Assembly (NCBI GenBank): GCA_000320545.1
Contig: ADNK01001860.1
Location: 176,729 to 240,728 of the forward strand
DNA length: 64,000 nucleotides
Reading direction: 5' to 3'
DNA from: Bigelowiella natans CCMP2755
Lineage: Eukaryota; Protista; Cercozoa
Shown here: positions 26,524-40,341 of the stretch, piece by piece
Layout: the number at the start of each line of letters is the position of its first letter
Position numbering within the stretch: position 1 is the first letter of the stretch
Position numbers and translations under genes: made by a program
Notes under the pieces: model-generated
Seen by the model: the letters and a program-made list of their open reading frames with translations, nothing else
What the model was told of the DNA's origin: nothing
Databases searched by the model: none

Positions 26524-27260
26524 CTCTGAGCAGCGACGAGGACAACGGCAAGTGCGAGTGACGGCGCAGTTACCGCCATCCAACCCCCCCCCGCCTGAAA
26601 TATATCGACAAAGTCATGATGTTGGTAGGTCTGGCTTGGTTTTGCCAACTTTCTTCTGTTCGTGCTGTACCTCTGAACTTTCGGGATGTGAGCACTCGCA
26701 CACCTCTCTATTTCCTACGGGCGGTCTTGGGGAAAACGAGTGGATTTAGGTTGTCGCAGGGACGATATAGCATCCGATTCGCACATTCACGTTCCGAAGT
26801 GTGTTCGGGGACGACGCTAGGACTAGACTCCTGCGACCCCTTATCTTCCTTTTTCTTCGTAGGGAACACAAAAAACAATTGAAGCAGCCGCCCGCTCCAA
26901 GGAAAGAATCCCCGTTTTTATCCCGGTAACATCCTATATTTTATTTCTATATTTCTGGGTCGTTGAACAGCAGTGTTTTGTTTGAATGAGGTGATCCAGA
27001 ACTGATCATCATCATCATCCCTCCTCCCCCCACATTATTGCAATCACGTCATCATCTCATACGGAAAGTGGCTGTGCTGGTTTGGACCCCCCCCTCGACA
27101 TATAGCTTCGCTGCGCCCCCCTGCTTTGCACCCCTTCCCCATGAAGTTTCTAAAGGCTTAAGATCGTATTTTGTGTCCTAGCCTTTCGAATGCCTTAACC
27201 CTGTCTCCATTATCTCCCGATGAGTCCTTCGATGATGCGCGTGTTGTAGGTTAGGAAGCG

Positions 27261-28639
27261 ATGGGAAAGTGGTTACTTGGGGATATTCTGGGAGATGATG
27301 AGGTTGCGGAGATCGTTTTTGCCTTGGTGGTAGATTCAGCCATATTAGGCCTTGCGTGCTTCGCGCTTAGGCTACGTAAGCCCGATTCCAAGGTGCTCTC
27401 ATTCACACACGCCTTACCGGGAATAATACAATAGAAGACCTTTTCATTCTACATACTGGGTGGTGGTGGTACAACACATGGACTTGCATCATCCATCCCC
27501 TCACATTTATTACTTCTACATCCCACATCAGCGTCGAGCAGATCTTGACGACCCTGAGCATGTTAGCCTCGTGAAGCGAAATTCAGACCCCTTATACGAA
27601 ACAGCAAAGGTGGTACAGCAGCTCAACGAGACTGGAACTTAATTGCAACTTATTTGGAGCTAGTATAAATTGTTGTGGTTGTGAAGAAAAAGTAGCTAAT
27701 GTTCTTGTCGTAGCCGCATTGTATAGTAACTAGAATGCGGGCAGTAGTCGAGGGCAGAGATGTGCTTACATACGCGTTTGTGAGAATCTTATTTGTTACA
27801 GGCGAGCGTACATTTCCGCACGCCGTCTCGGTTTCGATTTCAAACGCACGATCAGATTTTAGGCCCGTTCCTGGAATTCTTCAGGCCACTCGGGTAGTGT
27901 GGGTCTAGAGAGAAGGAGGGGGGACATGTTTTCTAGCAGATACTTGTAGGCGCATCGTGAAGATCACCTTTGGGCTGATATTGGTCCATGTCCATACTGA
28001 TTAATGTGTACAGGCGGCACCTACGAGAAGCAGCCTTGTACTTAAGATTCCACGCACTGGTAGTGAGTGATGAGTGCCAGCACGAAAAATGATTTATTGA
28101 ATGGGATAAGCCTTTTTTTCCCTACGCCGTGTTTTGGAATCCAAACCATCACTTTTGCATCGCTGCTGTCATCGATACAGTATGTGTTCAATAATTGACA
28201 ACTTACTTCCTGCTTCTCCATCATCAGGCGTGTTGTTTCTTTGTGCTCCTGTCAATAGTCAACGTGACAGTTCTCGTCCCTATTTACGCTTACAGCCCAG
28301 GTAGTACCCCTAACTGCTACTCCTCCCACTGCCTCTGTCGCTACTGCGTTGCATTCTCGTTTCTACCGTGTGATTTTCCGTATCACCGATCGATGTCGTC
28401 GTTGTCATCATCAGAAGCATAATTATAGTCGCGACTCTATTCTCCCTCTCCTACCCCCCCCCCTTCTAGGGAACATCTACAGCCATTATAAAGTCTCAAT
28501 GGTGGAGAAATTCACGGCAAGCAATGTGTCAGTCGCTAGTTTGCGTCTCCTGGTCTCATTCCTCGCCATTGTCGCATTCACGGCCATGTGCTGGGTGTTC
28601 ATTCGTCAGTATTATGGTGACATCGTACAACTAGTGCAG

Positions 28640-28670
<31 letters not shown>

Positions 28671-28708
28671 AAGGTCCTGTTTGCTGTTATTATTGTAGTA
28701 GCTCTACA

Positions 28709-28745
<37 letters not shown>

Positions 28746-29241
28746 ATTGATATAAACGTGGCCGGTTTGCCCCCTTCCTCTCCGTCTCTGCATTCTTACT
28801 CACATATAATGATCTATATATTGGGAGTAGGTGTCGAAGATGCAGCGCGACAGGAACGATGTTACGGCGCACACCGTGTTATTTAAGAATCTGCCCCCCC
28901 CTCTCGTCAGCGAGCAACTGCTCCTCGAGCATCTCAAGTCTATTTTTGGCTCAAGGTCCTCTCCTCTTTCCTAAGAAGTTGTGTATGTGTTCGTATCTCC
29001 ATATATCCTTTTCTACACTTTCATCACATTGATAATAATATACATTTTCATTTAATGCATTCTCTGAAGGGTGCTGGCGTGCCGGATTGCGACAACCAGT
29101 ATTGGAAAGACGCCGATGTCGTTAATACCCCTCCCTCGAATATCTTTGGCGCGTGATCATTTGTGTTTACGAAACGCACGTGCTCGGTTTGAGTGATGAC
29201 ACTGTATACTTCAGATGGTTTCCAAGAATCGATGTGTGCGC

Positions 29242-29274
<33 letters not shown>

Positions 29275-30167
29275 AGTGAGTGAGTATAGGTGTGTGTTTC
29301 TGTGCTTTGGTTTTTAGCGATGACCAAAGAGGCACCGGCCATGCTTTCGCCTGCTTTACTGCCCCTATGTACGCGCGCGAGGCAATCGAGCTCTACAGCG
29401 GCAACGCTTATGCGAGAAGACGACTTCGACGGCGCAAGGTGGGTGTCTAGCGTGTCAGCACCATCTCCACACTACCATCGTAATCGTCACGGTGTTGTGA
29501 CTCCCCGCTATTTCATCAGTATTACTGCTATTGCTCCATGGGTGATGTAATTATTAGGGTCCTGTGCGCACACTCAAGGGCAGAATGAGAAAACGGCTAG
29601 ATGATTCGCGGTGGCGAGCTGAGCCCGCACCGCAACCTTCCGATGTAGTGTGGGAGAATCTAACGATAGGTATGTTTATATAATATATCTCCTGACCCTC
29701 CTCACGTATCTCCCTCACCACTACAAAGCCGCCACCACGATAACGAAAAGTAACCGAACTTCTTTCTCTTTCACAATCCCCATCAGGCGACGGTGAGAGG
29801 GGGGCACGTGGAGTGGCGATTAATGTGCTGCTGTTTGTTCTCATGACGATGATCATCGCCCCGGTCGCAGTTGTAGCGCGGCTCGAGCCCCTGGTAGAAA
29901 CTCTTGAGGACGTGACTATTCCTGATAAATTGGAGCACAGAGAGGTCAGTCAGTGAGCCGCTCATTCAGCAGGCACAGCCAGAAGCAGCAATAACAACAA
30001 CGCACTGTGCCAATGTATCATGTACCGCAGTAGTGATAGTAGGAGTAGTAAGTGGTAGTCGTAGCAAGTGGTAGTAGAAATAGCTGTGGTAGTGTATCTG
30101 GCGATGATGACGAAAGCGCTGATTCTTCTTCTTCAACAACAACAACAGTTTTGTCCTCAGACATATA

Positions 30168-30201
<34 letters not shown>

Positions 30202-30441
30202 ATACAGATGCGCAAATTCGTGGGTAACTATTTCCCAACGCTCGTGGTCTTCACAATCAATGCAATATTGCTGCCGTTTCTGATAGACATAACATCGCAC
30301 CTCGAGGTTGTAGTAGTAGTAGTGGTAGTAATAGCAGTAGTAGAGTAGTAGTGGCAATTTTTGTTCTTGTCAGCCATTTCCTCTTCACCCACCATTCGGT
30401 ATTAACGACATCGGTTATTCGTCTCTCATCACTCCCCCTTT

Positions 30442-30497
<56 letters not shown>

Positions 30498-31938
30498 GCT
30501 CTCTCATATGCGTCGTACGTCGTTGCTCCGATCAGGGGCACAAAACTGAATCAGCGCGGTCAGCCGCTGTCGTAAGGCGGAATGCAGGTGTGATAGTAAC
30601 CCCAAACAGTTGGATATATGTGTGTGTGTGTGTGTGTGTGTTTGTGTGTGTGTGTTCGCTACTAGAAGTACTATTATAACTACTACAACTGCTGCTAATA
30701 AAACTACGATACTTAATATGACCGCATAAGATGCTGGCACCCTACACCCTACCTGCAGCACCCCTGTATCATCATCATCATCATCATCACATATCTGTTA
30801 TACATCTGATCACAGTGTTCCAGTTCATCAACACGATATTATTGCCATCCCTCGCCCTGAACTCTGCAGCCGGTCGCTACATATTATAGAAAACGTTTCG
30901 GACACGAAGAGAGAAGGAAGGGGGGGGGGGGGGGGGGGGGGGTAGTGTGGGGTGCAGAGGAGCCGAAAGAGTATAGGAGGGAAATCGTGTCTTCACGATG
31001 TCGACTCCTCCTCCTCCTCCTCCTCCTCTTCCTCCTCCTCCATTTCATAATCTCCTTCTCCTCCTATTGCTTTGATATCCACCACCCCCCCAGCGGCTAT
31101 ACGACTCGCCTACCGCACTAACTTCGCCGAGTGGGAGCGTATCATTGGCAATTCCCTTCAGAAGTACGAACAAGAGATCAACTGCTTATTGTGTTCTTCT
31201 ACTACTACTGCTACTACTACCACGTAACAATAGCAGCCCATTGCTTGCATGCACTTGTAACAGGGAAAGTAGATGGTTTTGATGATAATTGGAGCTTTTT
31301 ATGCAAACTATAGCAAGGATAATGATGATGATGATGATAGGAGGCTTTTGTACAAACCATAGCAAGGATGATGAGTAGCCCCCCACCTCCCCGCCCCTCT
31401 CGATCACTTTTCCTCCTCCTCCTCTTTCTTCCTCCTGCTCTCCATGGCACCTTCTCATTCTCAGGAATACGTCGGCTCGGTTCTTCATGATCTATCTTAT
31501 ACACGCAACGTTGCTTGGATGTGCCTCAGAAGTAGCTCAGATCCCTCAAATGGCGCTACAAACGCTCCGTCGTCTCCGGTGCGTGTGCGTGTGAGAGGGG
31601 GTGTGAGAAGGGGGGGGGGGGAGATGGATTTGGAGTATGGAACCCAGTCCGATGTAAAGTAGTTTTATAGCTCTGATTTCTCCTGTCCAAGCTTTGCTCT
31701 TCTCTGCTCCCTTTACCTCTCTCTCTCTATCTCTCCCCCCCCCCCTCCTTCCCCCCCCATCTTCCTCCTCCTTCCCTGCTCATTGCACAATGATATGATT
31801 CAGCTCGTGCGTGCTCGGAAAGGATAGATCACTAGACACCAATTTGGAAAGGCCGTGGGAATTCGACTTCGGTTATTTCTACGGAGCTCGCCTCACGATT
31901 ATGGGCCTTGTTCTCCTTTATTCTGGTGGCTGACGCGT

Positions 31939-32011
<73 letters not shown>

Positions 32012-32419
32012 GCGTGCGTGTGTGTGTGTGTTTTAAATGTAAATGTACACATACACCATATTGAGGGCAAACAACAACACAACAACAACATGATCTATTC
32101 TTCTTCTAAATGCATACCATCATTCAGTCTTGGTTCCGATTATTGCCCCTGTCGGCGCCGTCTATTTCCTCATGAATTACTGGTTGGTGTGCTGCTTGAT
32201 TGAATCTCTCCAAAACAAGACATATTCTCTTTCGAGCCCCCCCCATCCCCTCCTCCTCATCGTCTTGTTACGTGGCAATATGTTGTTGTGATATGGTGCG
32301 GTACCTTCAGGACGGATGGCCACAATCTTCGTACCGGCGTGTATTCAGTCAGCTTTGACAGGTACTAGCAAGTAGTAGTAACGATATTCCAGCGTGTAAG
32401 TTGCTGAGCGACACAAACA

Positions 32420-32478
<59 letters not shown>

Positions 32479-32675
32479 CCATGGATATATTACTCCATCT
32501 CTTCCTCATCCTCTTCCTCCTCCTCCTCCTCTTCCTCCTCCTCCTATTTGTGCTCTTCTGCATTGTAGCAACGGGGCCCTACCCCTATCTGTCTTACGAT
32601 ATATATTGTGGTACATCACGCTGTTTCTCTTCTCGATGAGCTGCTACTTCACCGTGCAGGTATTATTATTAATAT

Positions 32676-32708
<33 letters not shown>

Positions 32709-33273
32709 TCGTCGTCGTCGTCGTAGTGTTCGTTGTAACGAGAAGACATGGTACTGAAGCTCTCATCGCTCTTCGCTCCTCCTTCCTCCTCCTCTCCCTC
32801 CCCCACCTCCTTCCACTGTGCTGCTCCTGGTATTGTTTTTGGTTATGCCAAACGCGAACAGGGAACGTTGATGTTTTTCGTACTCGGAATGCTGCTGATG
32901 ATGCTGGGCGCCGTATCGTTGTGCTGCACGATGCTTCAATGGCGGCCGGGTAGCGCCTCACTCCCTTAGTCTACTGAGAAAACACCGACGATCCTGCCTC
33001 TTATCGATTTCGAGAACAAAATTGTTCTCGAGAGACTCCGCTGCTATTTATTCTCTCCCGCTGTTCTCTCCCTATACCTTCATCGAGGGCCGTGTTTGTT
33101 GTTGTTTAAGAAGAAACTCTTGTTTGTTTGACCCAGATTCCATGGAGCTCGAGGATGATTTTGAAGATGGCCTCAACGACGCGGAGGAGCAGGAAGGGAG
33201 TTATAACGACGTCAAGCAAAAGGGGGGGAAGGCCAACAGTCCCAAGAATATCCCCAAGAACCCCTCTAGGTAG
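27261..33273 (+). CDS. OSCA/TMEM63/CSC1 (ERD4-like) mechanosensitive channel, many exons
   Basis: N-terminal TM segment (IVFALVVDSAILGLAC), EKFTASNV...LLVSFLAIVAFT, DVTAHTVLFKNLP, WRAEPAPQPSDVVWENL (family hallmark AP.P.DV.W.NL), and multiple downstream TM exons. Confidence 0.8.
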
Positions 33274-33642
33274 TAAAAGTAGAGGGTGAGTGGGAAATCA
33301 TCAAGTGCCGTGTCGAGGAGAACCGCTTTGTTCGGCTTCTCCTTCAAACATACGTTCATACCAGCGAAATGTAACAACATTACTTACCCAAGTAGAGTGC
33401 CTTCACCCGGTGCTGCTTATCATAAATAAAAGGACCAACGACAGTATTTCAAGGAATTTTGACGATACTGTAAACGCCGACCGATTGATGTTCTTCAGTG
33501 CGTGTTTGGGAATCCGATTTTGAAGATTCTGTGGAACTAATAGTTTTATGTTTTATTGTAGAGACCGGAGTATTATGTACGAGTTCCTGCGATCGTACGT
33601 CTGTCCTTTCCAGGTTGTAGTAGCACTAGTAGCAGTAGCAGT

Positions 33643-33679
<37 letters not shown>

Positions 33680-35151
33680 CAGCAGTTGAGGAAGATTTAT
33701 GATTGTAGTAGAGTCGCCAAAAGTCGGCAATGTCACAAAGTGCACATGTGTGATGTTTGAGAGTTGAAGAAGAAAAGCACACTTGATCCAGCTGCTTGTG
33801 TCTTGTCTGCTTGCTACACGTTATTCTGGTTGCAAGCAATAGGATTAGATATTGAGTTTCCTTGTTTACTCTACTACATCTCGTATGGTCGTATTATCAT
33901 TGACATTTAGGTACCTGCTGTGTCGGTCCTCCAGGATCCTTCCTCAGACATCACCGCATTAAGGGAACAGAGATAGGAGGATAGGTGTGTGCATGTAGCA
34001 CCAGATTATTATGAATAGGAGTAGTATCTCCGTTAACTCAAATTAATAATGCGAAGTCGGGACGCATAGTGGAGTTCATGCACATGCAAACATGCACGTG
34101 TCTTGTCATCCATCTTAGTCGTGTGCACGATACGATCACGGTTACGGGCATGTGCGTTGCAGTTTTGCGCTAACGCACCAGAGGAATAATGCAGCTGGAA
34201 TGTGCAGAAGAGCGGTGATTATATGATTTATTAGGGTCAAATAACCCTGTCAAAGGTGAGCGATGGAGCTCGCTCATGCACGCTGCAGGAGTGCGCAGGC
34301 ACTCTAGCACTGCTGGCAGCACCAGCAAGCAAGGTTCACATGGTGAAATGACTATACGACGCAGCCTAGACGTTTAGCTAGACAAGGCGAGCAGCGGGCA
34401 GCCAGCTAGAATAATGTTACCGCAGTATATCGCGACGGTACGTTGCACTGAAGGCGAATGAGAGCACAACCTTCCAAAGCATCGATAGCGATGCCTGGCG
34501 GATGCCTCGATCGCAGGCTAGCAGGGCCAGCTAGCTAGCAGCTAGCGTGCGCAATGACTCTAGCTAGGATATTCGACAAATCTATGGACAGACAGCAGGT
34601 CAACACACGTCTAGACGTGCCGCAAGTCTACATAGCGAGAAATTCTAGTAAGTTGCACATTGACTGTAACTAGATTGCAAGTGACAGTATATAGCATGTA
34701 CTTGTGTACGTTGCCCTTTTAGCAGGGCCCGGTAACCCGGCGTGGCCTCAATGACAACAAGACAATAAGCTAAGGAGCATGCAGCATGCCATTTCGTATC
34801 GTAGCGAACCAAGCCTCGTCAGCTGTGGCTGCTGTTGCTCATCGTATCTTAATTACATTGTCATCATTATCGAGTAAGTGTCAGTCGTTTATTGAGCCTA
34901 TGAACAACAGTCTAGCCTTCTTGGAAAAATTTACAGCGTAGAATAGCGTATGCCACAGAGTACGACGCGCGCATACATTACGACAGACACGTGTAATACT
35001 CCGCCGTATAAACAGGTGCGGTACTCTACAATGGCTCTACATCAAAGCCAAGTTGATCCAAATAATCAAAGGAGTTGCAGCAGGGCAATGAAAAAGAAAG
35101 TTACTTTTTTTCACTGCGATGCGGAATGAGGCGACTCTTTCCATCCAGGTT

Positions 35152-35996
35152 TCAAAAGTACACACGATGTATATCTTTCAGCTTAATTTTTTTGCGGCAA
35201 GTGGGACAACATTTAGTAAGTCTGACGGCCTGAATATTTGGCACACCATCATCTGGAATCAGTCGAATAGCTCGTCAATTTTGTATATCATGCAAGCAGG
35301 ACCTTACGGATACACTTCTGACAGAAAAGATGGCCGCAGGAAGTACTTGCCAAAGGACTTTTACTCTCCTTGACTGTTTCTTGGCATATGGCTGCGGATA
35401 AATAGAGTGTTACAAGACAATTTGCAAGCATTATTACAATCAACATATTTTTGTGAAAGTTTACCGCATCGTATTACAGCAGCAAGATTATCTATTGCAC
35501 GCGCATTGACAGCTGCAGGAGAAAGAGATTCCTTCTGATCTTCCCCTTCGCCACTACTCGACGTAGCTGTTGGTTGAGCCGTGCGCTGTCGTTTGTCCTT
35601 AGATTGACTATCTATGCTCCTCCTCTGCCGCTTCTTCCCCGGCCTCTTAGTCTCTGAACTGGGTGAGCAAATATTAATTATCTCTTTGGCTTCCCCACGT
35701 TCCACATCTTGACTTCCAGTCGCTACTTCATCTTTTGTAAGATCTATTAGGGATATATCCGGTGTCCCCGAGCTTGTAGGCTCTTCAGCTTCTAATATGC
35801 GAACAGGAGAGGAAAAGGAGGATCCCGAACTGCTGTCTTCTTGTTGTGTTAAATCCACGTGCCTCTCTTCCGGCGTTAACATTCGGAGCCTGGTGTCTAT
35901 TCGAAGCCTGGTGTCTATACCTGTTGCGGCCAAGAGCATAGGGTATGCTGTGTTCGCTAGGGCAAGTAGCTGCTGCTGCAACTGTGCCGGCTGCAT
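35152..35996 (-). CDS. RNF4/Slx8-like SUMO-targeted ubiquitin ligase (SIMs plus C-terminal RING)
   Basis: SIM-like VDLTQQED, LIDLTKDE and IINICS, then spliced RING exons STSCGHLFCQKCIRK and CCPTCRKKIKLKDIHRVYF*, which resembles the RNF4 C-terminus. Confidence 0.75.
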
Positions 35997-36922
35997 TTCG
36001 AATTATCCCGACTACTGATTCTGGAAGTCGGGAGGGGGGGGGGGGGGTTCGGCTGTGGAAAAATAAGTAATGGCACAGTCGACAACTTAGTGGCAATTAA
36101 AAAATGTGGACTCAAATTTGGCGAGAACTTGACTATGACACAGCCTTAGTGGTTGTGTGGAGAAAGGCAACCGCAGCTGCCCACACAGAGGCATAAAGAT
36201 GAGGGAAGTTTTCACATTCAAAACAGGAAACATGTATTGAAGGAAAGAGGGGCTGACAATTTTTGATAACCAATGCCATCCGTAGATATATAGGTGAAGA
36301 GGGGGGGGTTCTCTAATTATTATTCTTCCATCATTCATTCATTCTTTCTCCTCCACCTTGTTTTTTTCAACTGTGGACTGTGGATGGATGCATAACTTGT
36401 TCGGATCCATTTATCTTTCAAAACACCAAATATCTATGTCGCCTTAAGAATTTGTCCTTCACTCTTCATATTCTAACACGAAGGACTCTGCCAGGGAATG
36501 CCGAAGAATTATAGTAGTTATTCGTGAAAAGAGAGCAAAAATGGCATTCATTTTGGGCTACATTGTGCGGGTTCCACTCCCAGCACTTGAACATCAAAAA
36601 AAAAGGAAGCTTGGGCGTCAATTTCCATGGATTTGATGAGTACAAAAAGTGGTAGATGTTCCTGGGTAATTCAAGGCTGTGTCCGATGCAAAACGTCTTG
36701 ATCTGAAACTAATGCAATCAGGCTTCTCAGTGGGAAAACGAGGGTCGGTTTGTCCCTCGGTGTTTTCCTGTCTTTCTTGAATGAAAGGGTATTTTCTTTG
36801 ACGACAAGCCCGAAATGGCTCCAGTTGTGTACAAACCGCGACGCATTCTTCGCACGATCTACCAAACCCTCTCCCCCTAGCAAAAGAAGGGAGGATTCGA
36901 TTGAGAGAACGATCAGTAGAAA

Positions 36923-37336
36923 ATGGACTTTGGGGAAGATAGTAAACGTCCAAAGGAGACTCTCATTGCGGTGATTGGTGATGAGGACACGGTAACCGGC
37001 TTTCTCCTAGCTGGAATTGGCCAGCGAGATTCCCGTGGGTCCTCCAACTTCCTCGTCTGCGACCAGAAAACGTCGAAGGCAAAGATCGTAAATACGTTCA
37101 GGGAGTTCTGCTCGCGGAAGGACATCAGTATCATTCTTGTCACCCAAGATATTGCGGTGGATATGCGAAAGGAGATCGACGAGCATGACGAGGTTATTCC
37201 TACCGTACTTGAAATTCCTAGTAAAGCTGCGAAGTACGATAAGTCTAAGGACTCCATCGTTCGTCGTGTATACCGGTTGCTTGGTAAGGATCTTGACGAG
37301 GAGATGCATAGGGAAAAAATGAAGGGAAGAATGTAA
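36923..37336 (+). CDS. ATP6V1F: V-type proton ATPase subunit F
   Basis: LIAVIGDEDTVTGFLLAGIG...DISIILVTQ...IPTVLEIPSK..YD.SKDSI is diagnostic for VMA7/ATP6V1F. Intronless. Confidence 0.95.
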   Translation: MDFGEDSKRPKETLIAVIGDEDTVTGFLLAGIGQRDSRGSSNFLVCDQKTSKAKIVNTFREFCSRKDISIILVTQDIAVDMRKEIDEHDEVIPTVLEIPSKAAKYDKSKDSIVRRVYRLLGKDLDEEMHREKMKGRM

Positions 37337-37781
37337 GGCAGAGAAGGACATTCTGGCCCAACTGTCAGACGCAATAATCTAATTGTGTGCAACGAAGATT
37401 ATCAATCAATATTGAAAATAAAAAGTTCCAATGAGGCGTTTATTTTGATCAACTACTAGTGAGATGGAGATCTTGAAGTTTGGGTATTAGTCAGAAATGG
37501 ATAGGATATGAACATATTTATTCCAGTAACAGCTTTACGAGTACAATCTAAGGCTACTAATATCGACTTAAACTCCTGGGTGACTCCTTAATAGGGGTCA
37601 GCGCGATTGTTATGTTGCTGTCTTTTTTGAAACGTCAGTAACTAAAAATTTATTCACCTGTCAAGATGTAGCGAGCAATAAAATTATCTGCATGTCTGAA
37701 GATGAAATGTCTACATGCCCAAAACATACATAGACAGAGAGAGAGGGGGGGAAGATATTATATAAATGAATAAATAAATGT

Positions 37782-37822
<41 letters not shown>

Positions 37823-38641
37823 TATATATCATTATGATAGTTAAATCGCATGCATCCGCACGTATTCACGACAGCGTGCGTGCATTTCCTTGCGAATTGG
37901 TGCGTGCTGTTAGTAAGGTATTAGCTGCTTATATATGCGCGCGCATCCTAGTCCATGTACGACGCACATCTTGATATCTATTCCCAGCTATATATACGCG
38001 TGCCAGGCTGTCATGGCTCAAATTCTACCTGTGCAATGAATGTGGTGCGTACATAGGCTACATACGCATTTTTATGAGACGGGTGTAATAAATAGGTCAA
38101 ATATGTTCAATTCTAGAATTGTCGTCCTAATGTATTTTTATATCTGCATATAATATACACAGCGACAGCATTTGGCCAATGCATACTGCTTAAGCACGTA
38201 GCTATGCAGGCTTGCTACCACTGCCTAAATGCATGATCGTACGTCAATTGCCGAGCATGATTATAATTATATGATAACACATGCGATGCATATAAAAGTC
38301 GCAGGCTGTCGATCGAGGCACACAGATTGCGCCGTATATGGCACACAGACTGCTAGCTCATCAGCACATCTAGATGCTATATGCATCATCCGCCTTTATT
38401 ACGGAAACGATGAGAGATCTTGGCTTTTGACATATCTAAATAACATAATACGCTGCACATTTCGAATTGAAGAGCCACCAGATCAGCAAAACTTAAACAG
38501 CCTTGTCCAACAGTGCATAGACATCACCACAGTATCCAATGGGTAGAATGGCGCGGCAAGTATTCGCCAACCGATGAAACTCGGTCCAGATTCGCGATCT
38601 CTATTTTCTATTTAGCACTCTATTTCTTCCATCCTCGAAAG

Positions 38642-40201
38642 TCAATGGTATACGGAGAATCGAAGCATCTCGGAATGTGGGTACCTTCGTACGTTTAAGA
38701 AGAATAAAGTTTGTGGTTATGCTCAAGAAATATTTCCAAGTTGGCCTTTAGCCTACTAGGGCTAAGTAATTATTCCCTGTTTCATTCAATGCAGATAAAA
38801 TAGCATACATAAGCTAGTTGTACATGATTAGATTCAACTTCTCTCTTATTTTTGTTGCTTTTACGTGGACTGCGCGAATCCTGGGTCGTTGACGTAGAAG
38901 TTATCATTTCCCGCATAGCCCGTGAGAAGCACCCAATGAGATCCGCCGCGAACATTGGCGATGATACCGTGACAGGCTGCTAGCCCCTTCTGTAGTGTAT
39001 CGACATCCACACTTGTTTCCTGGCCTTGATATGACACGCTGAAAGCTGAGTCAACCGCCGACCAGACTAACAAATCGCTCTGTGCATACCTAATGTGCAG
39101 CAAGTTGTAGTGGTGTCATTGACGTAGTTTTTAGCAATATAATTTCAAATGAGAGCCCAAAGAATTCTTTCCTGATGACAAATAGACACCATTTGCAAAT
39201 AGCGTAGCACGCGCGTGCGCACCGCACGAGCACTCGCACATGCAAGCATGCATACCCGCCGTGCTGGTTGAGCCAGGCGTTTAGTTGCGAAGGATTCATA
39301 CTATGCCCGCGTGTTGTCAAATACCTAGGTGGTATAAGGAGGAGGGAGAGGAGGAGGAGGAGGAGGAGGAGGAGGAGGAGGAGGGGAGATGTGAGAATAT
39401 TGTGTGCTTGAAAACAATAACTTTAGCATACTTCTGCTCCCCTCTCTTCCATCTCAATCTTCTGCTAAAAATACATTGCCAGTGACGACATCGCGCAGCC
39501 GGCCTTGCAAATTGTGTTGGTCGTGCTCGTGCCGAGGGGTTCGTTCTTCCACCGTGAATCGCACTGACTGTACGCCGCCCAACTGCACCCGGAAAGGCTT
39601 GCGTTCGCGACATGAACCATACTAGTATTCTCGGCTTCTTGAAGGAGCGGAATGGAGGCAATCGGTTATGAGGTCCATGTATGTGGTAATTCACAGCAAA
39701 TGTATACAAGGAAAAAGGGTAGGCACGACGATACAGGTTAGGATGACAAAATTCATGTCATATGTGTGGTGAAATACAGACATCCTTAGGCGTATAAAGA
39801 TTTAAGTGTAATAATTATAATCATTATTGTTATAATAATAACTTTTTATAATAATAATCTTAATTTTTACAGCAGGAATTGATTATGACGATGATGATAA
39901 TCGGTGTTGCACCTGTTGTCCAGTTCCCAGCTATTAGCCCTTTTTCACCTTCCCCTGTCGCGTTGGGGCTGGTAAGTCGAGGCTGGTGTTCGAGGTAAAT
40001 GCTATCCTCTGGCAAGAAGTTGTAGTCTAAATTGGTGTTGCATGAGGTCTGATCGCCGAGATACTGCTTCCACATTGGCTTGTCCCACCCCCCGAACTGT
40101 TGAAAGTCGGAGAAGCTAGGGTTTCCATCGTAGTGCGGATACCTAATTGCGAGCGGAGGAGTGCGACGAAGTCAGGATGATACGAGAAGAGCCCCAGAAC
40201 G

Positions 40202-40263
<62 letters not shown>

Positions 40264-40308
40264 ATATAATCACTATTACCATAATTCTTGTCCCCAGTGG
40301 GTGCCAGC

Positions 40309-40341
<33 letters not shown>

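Noticed and set aside
2024-35996. Chromodomain, SNF2-PHD and RNF4-like genes as a functional silencing cluster driving the hypermutation
   Set aside because: They are interspersed with unrelated housekeeping genes, proximity in a eukaryotic genome is weak evidence, and none has a recognisable deaminase, dioxygenase or polymerase domain.
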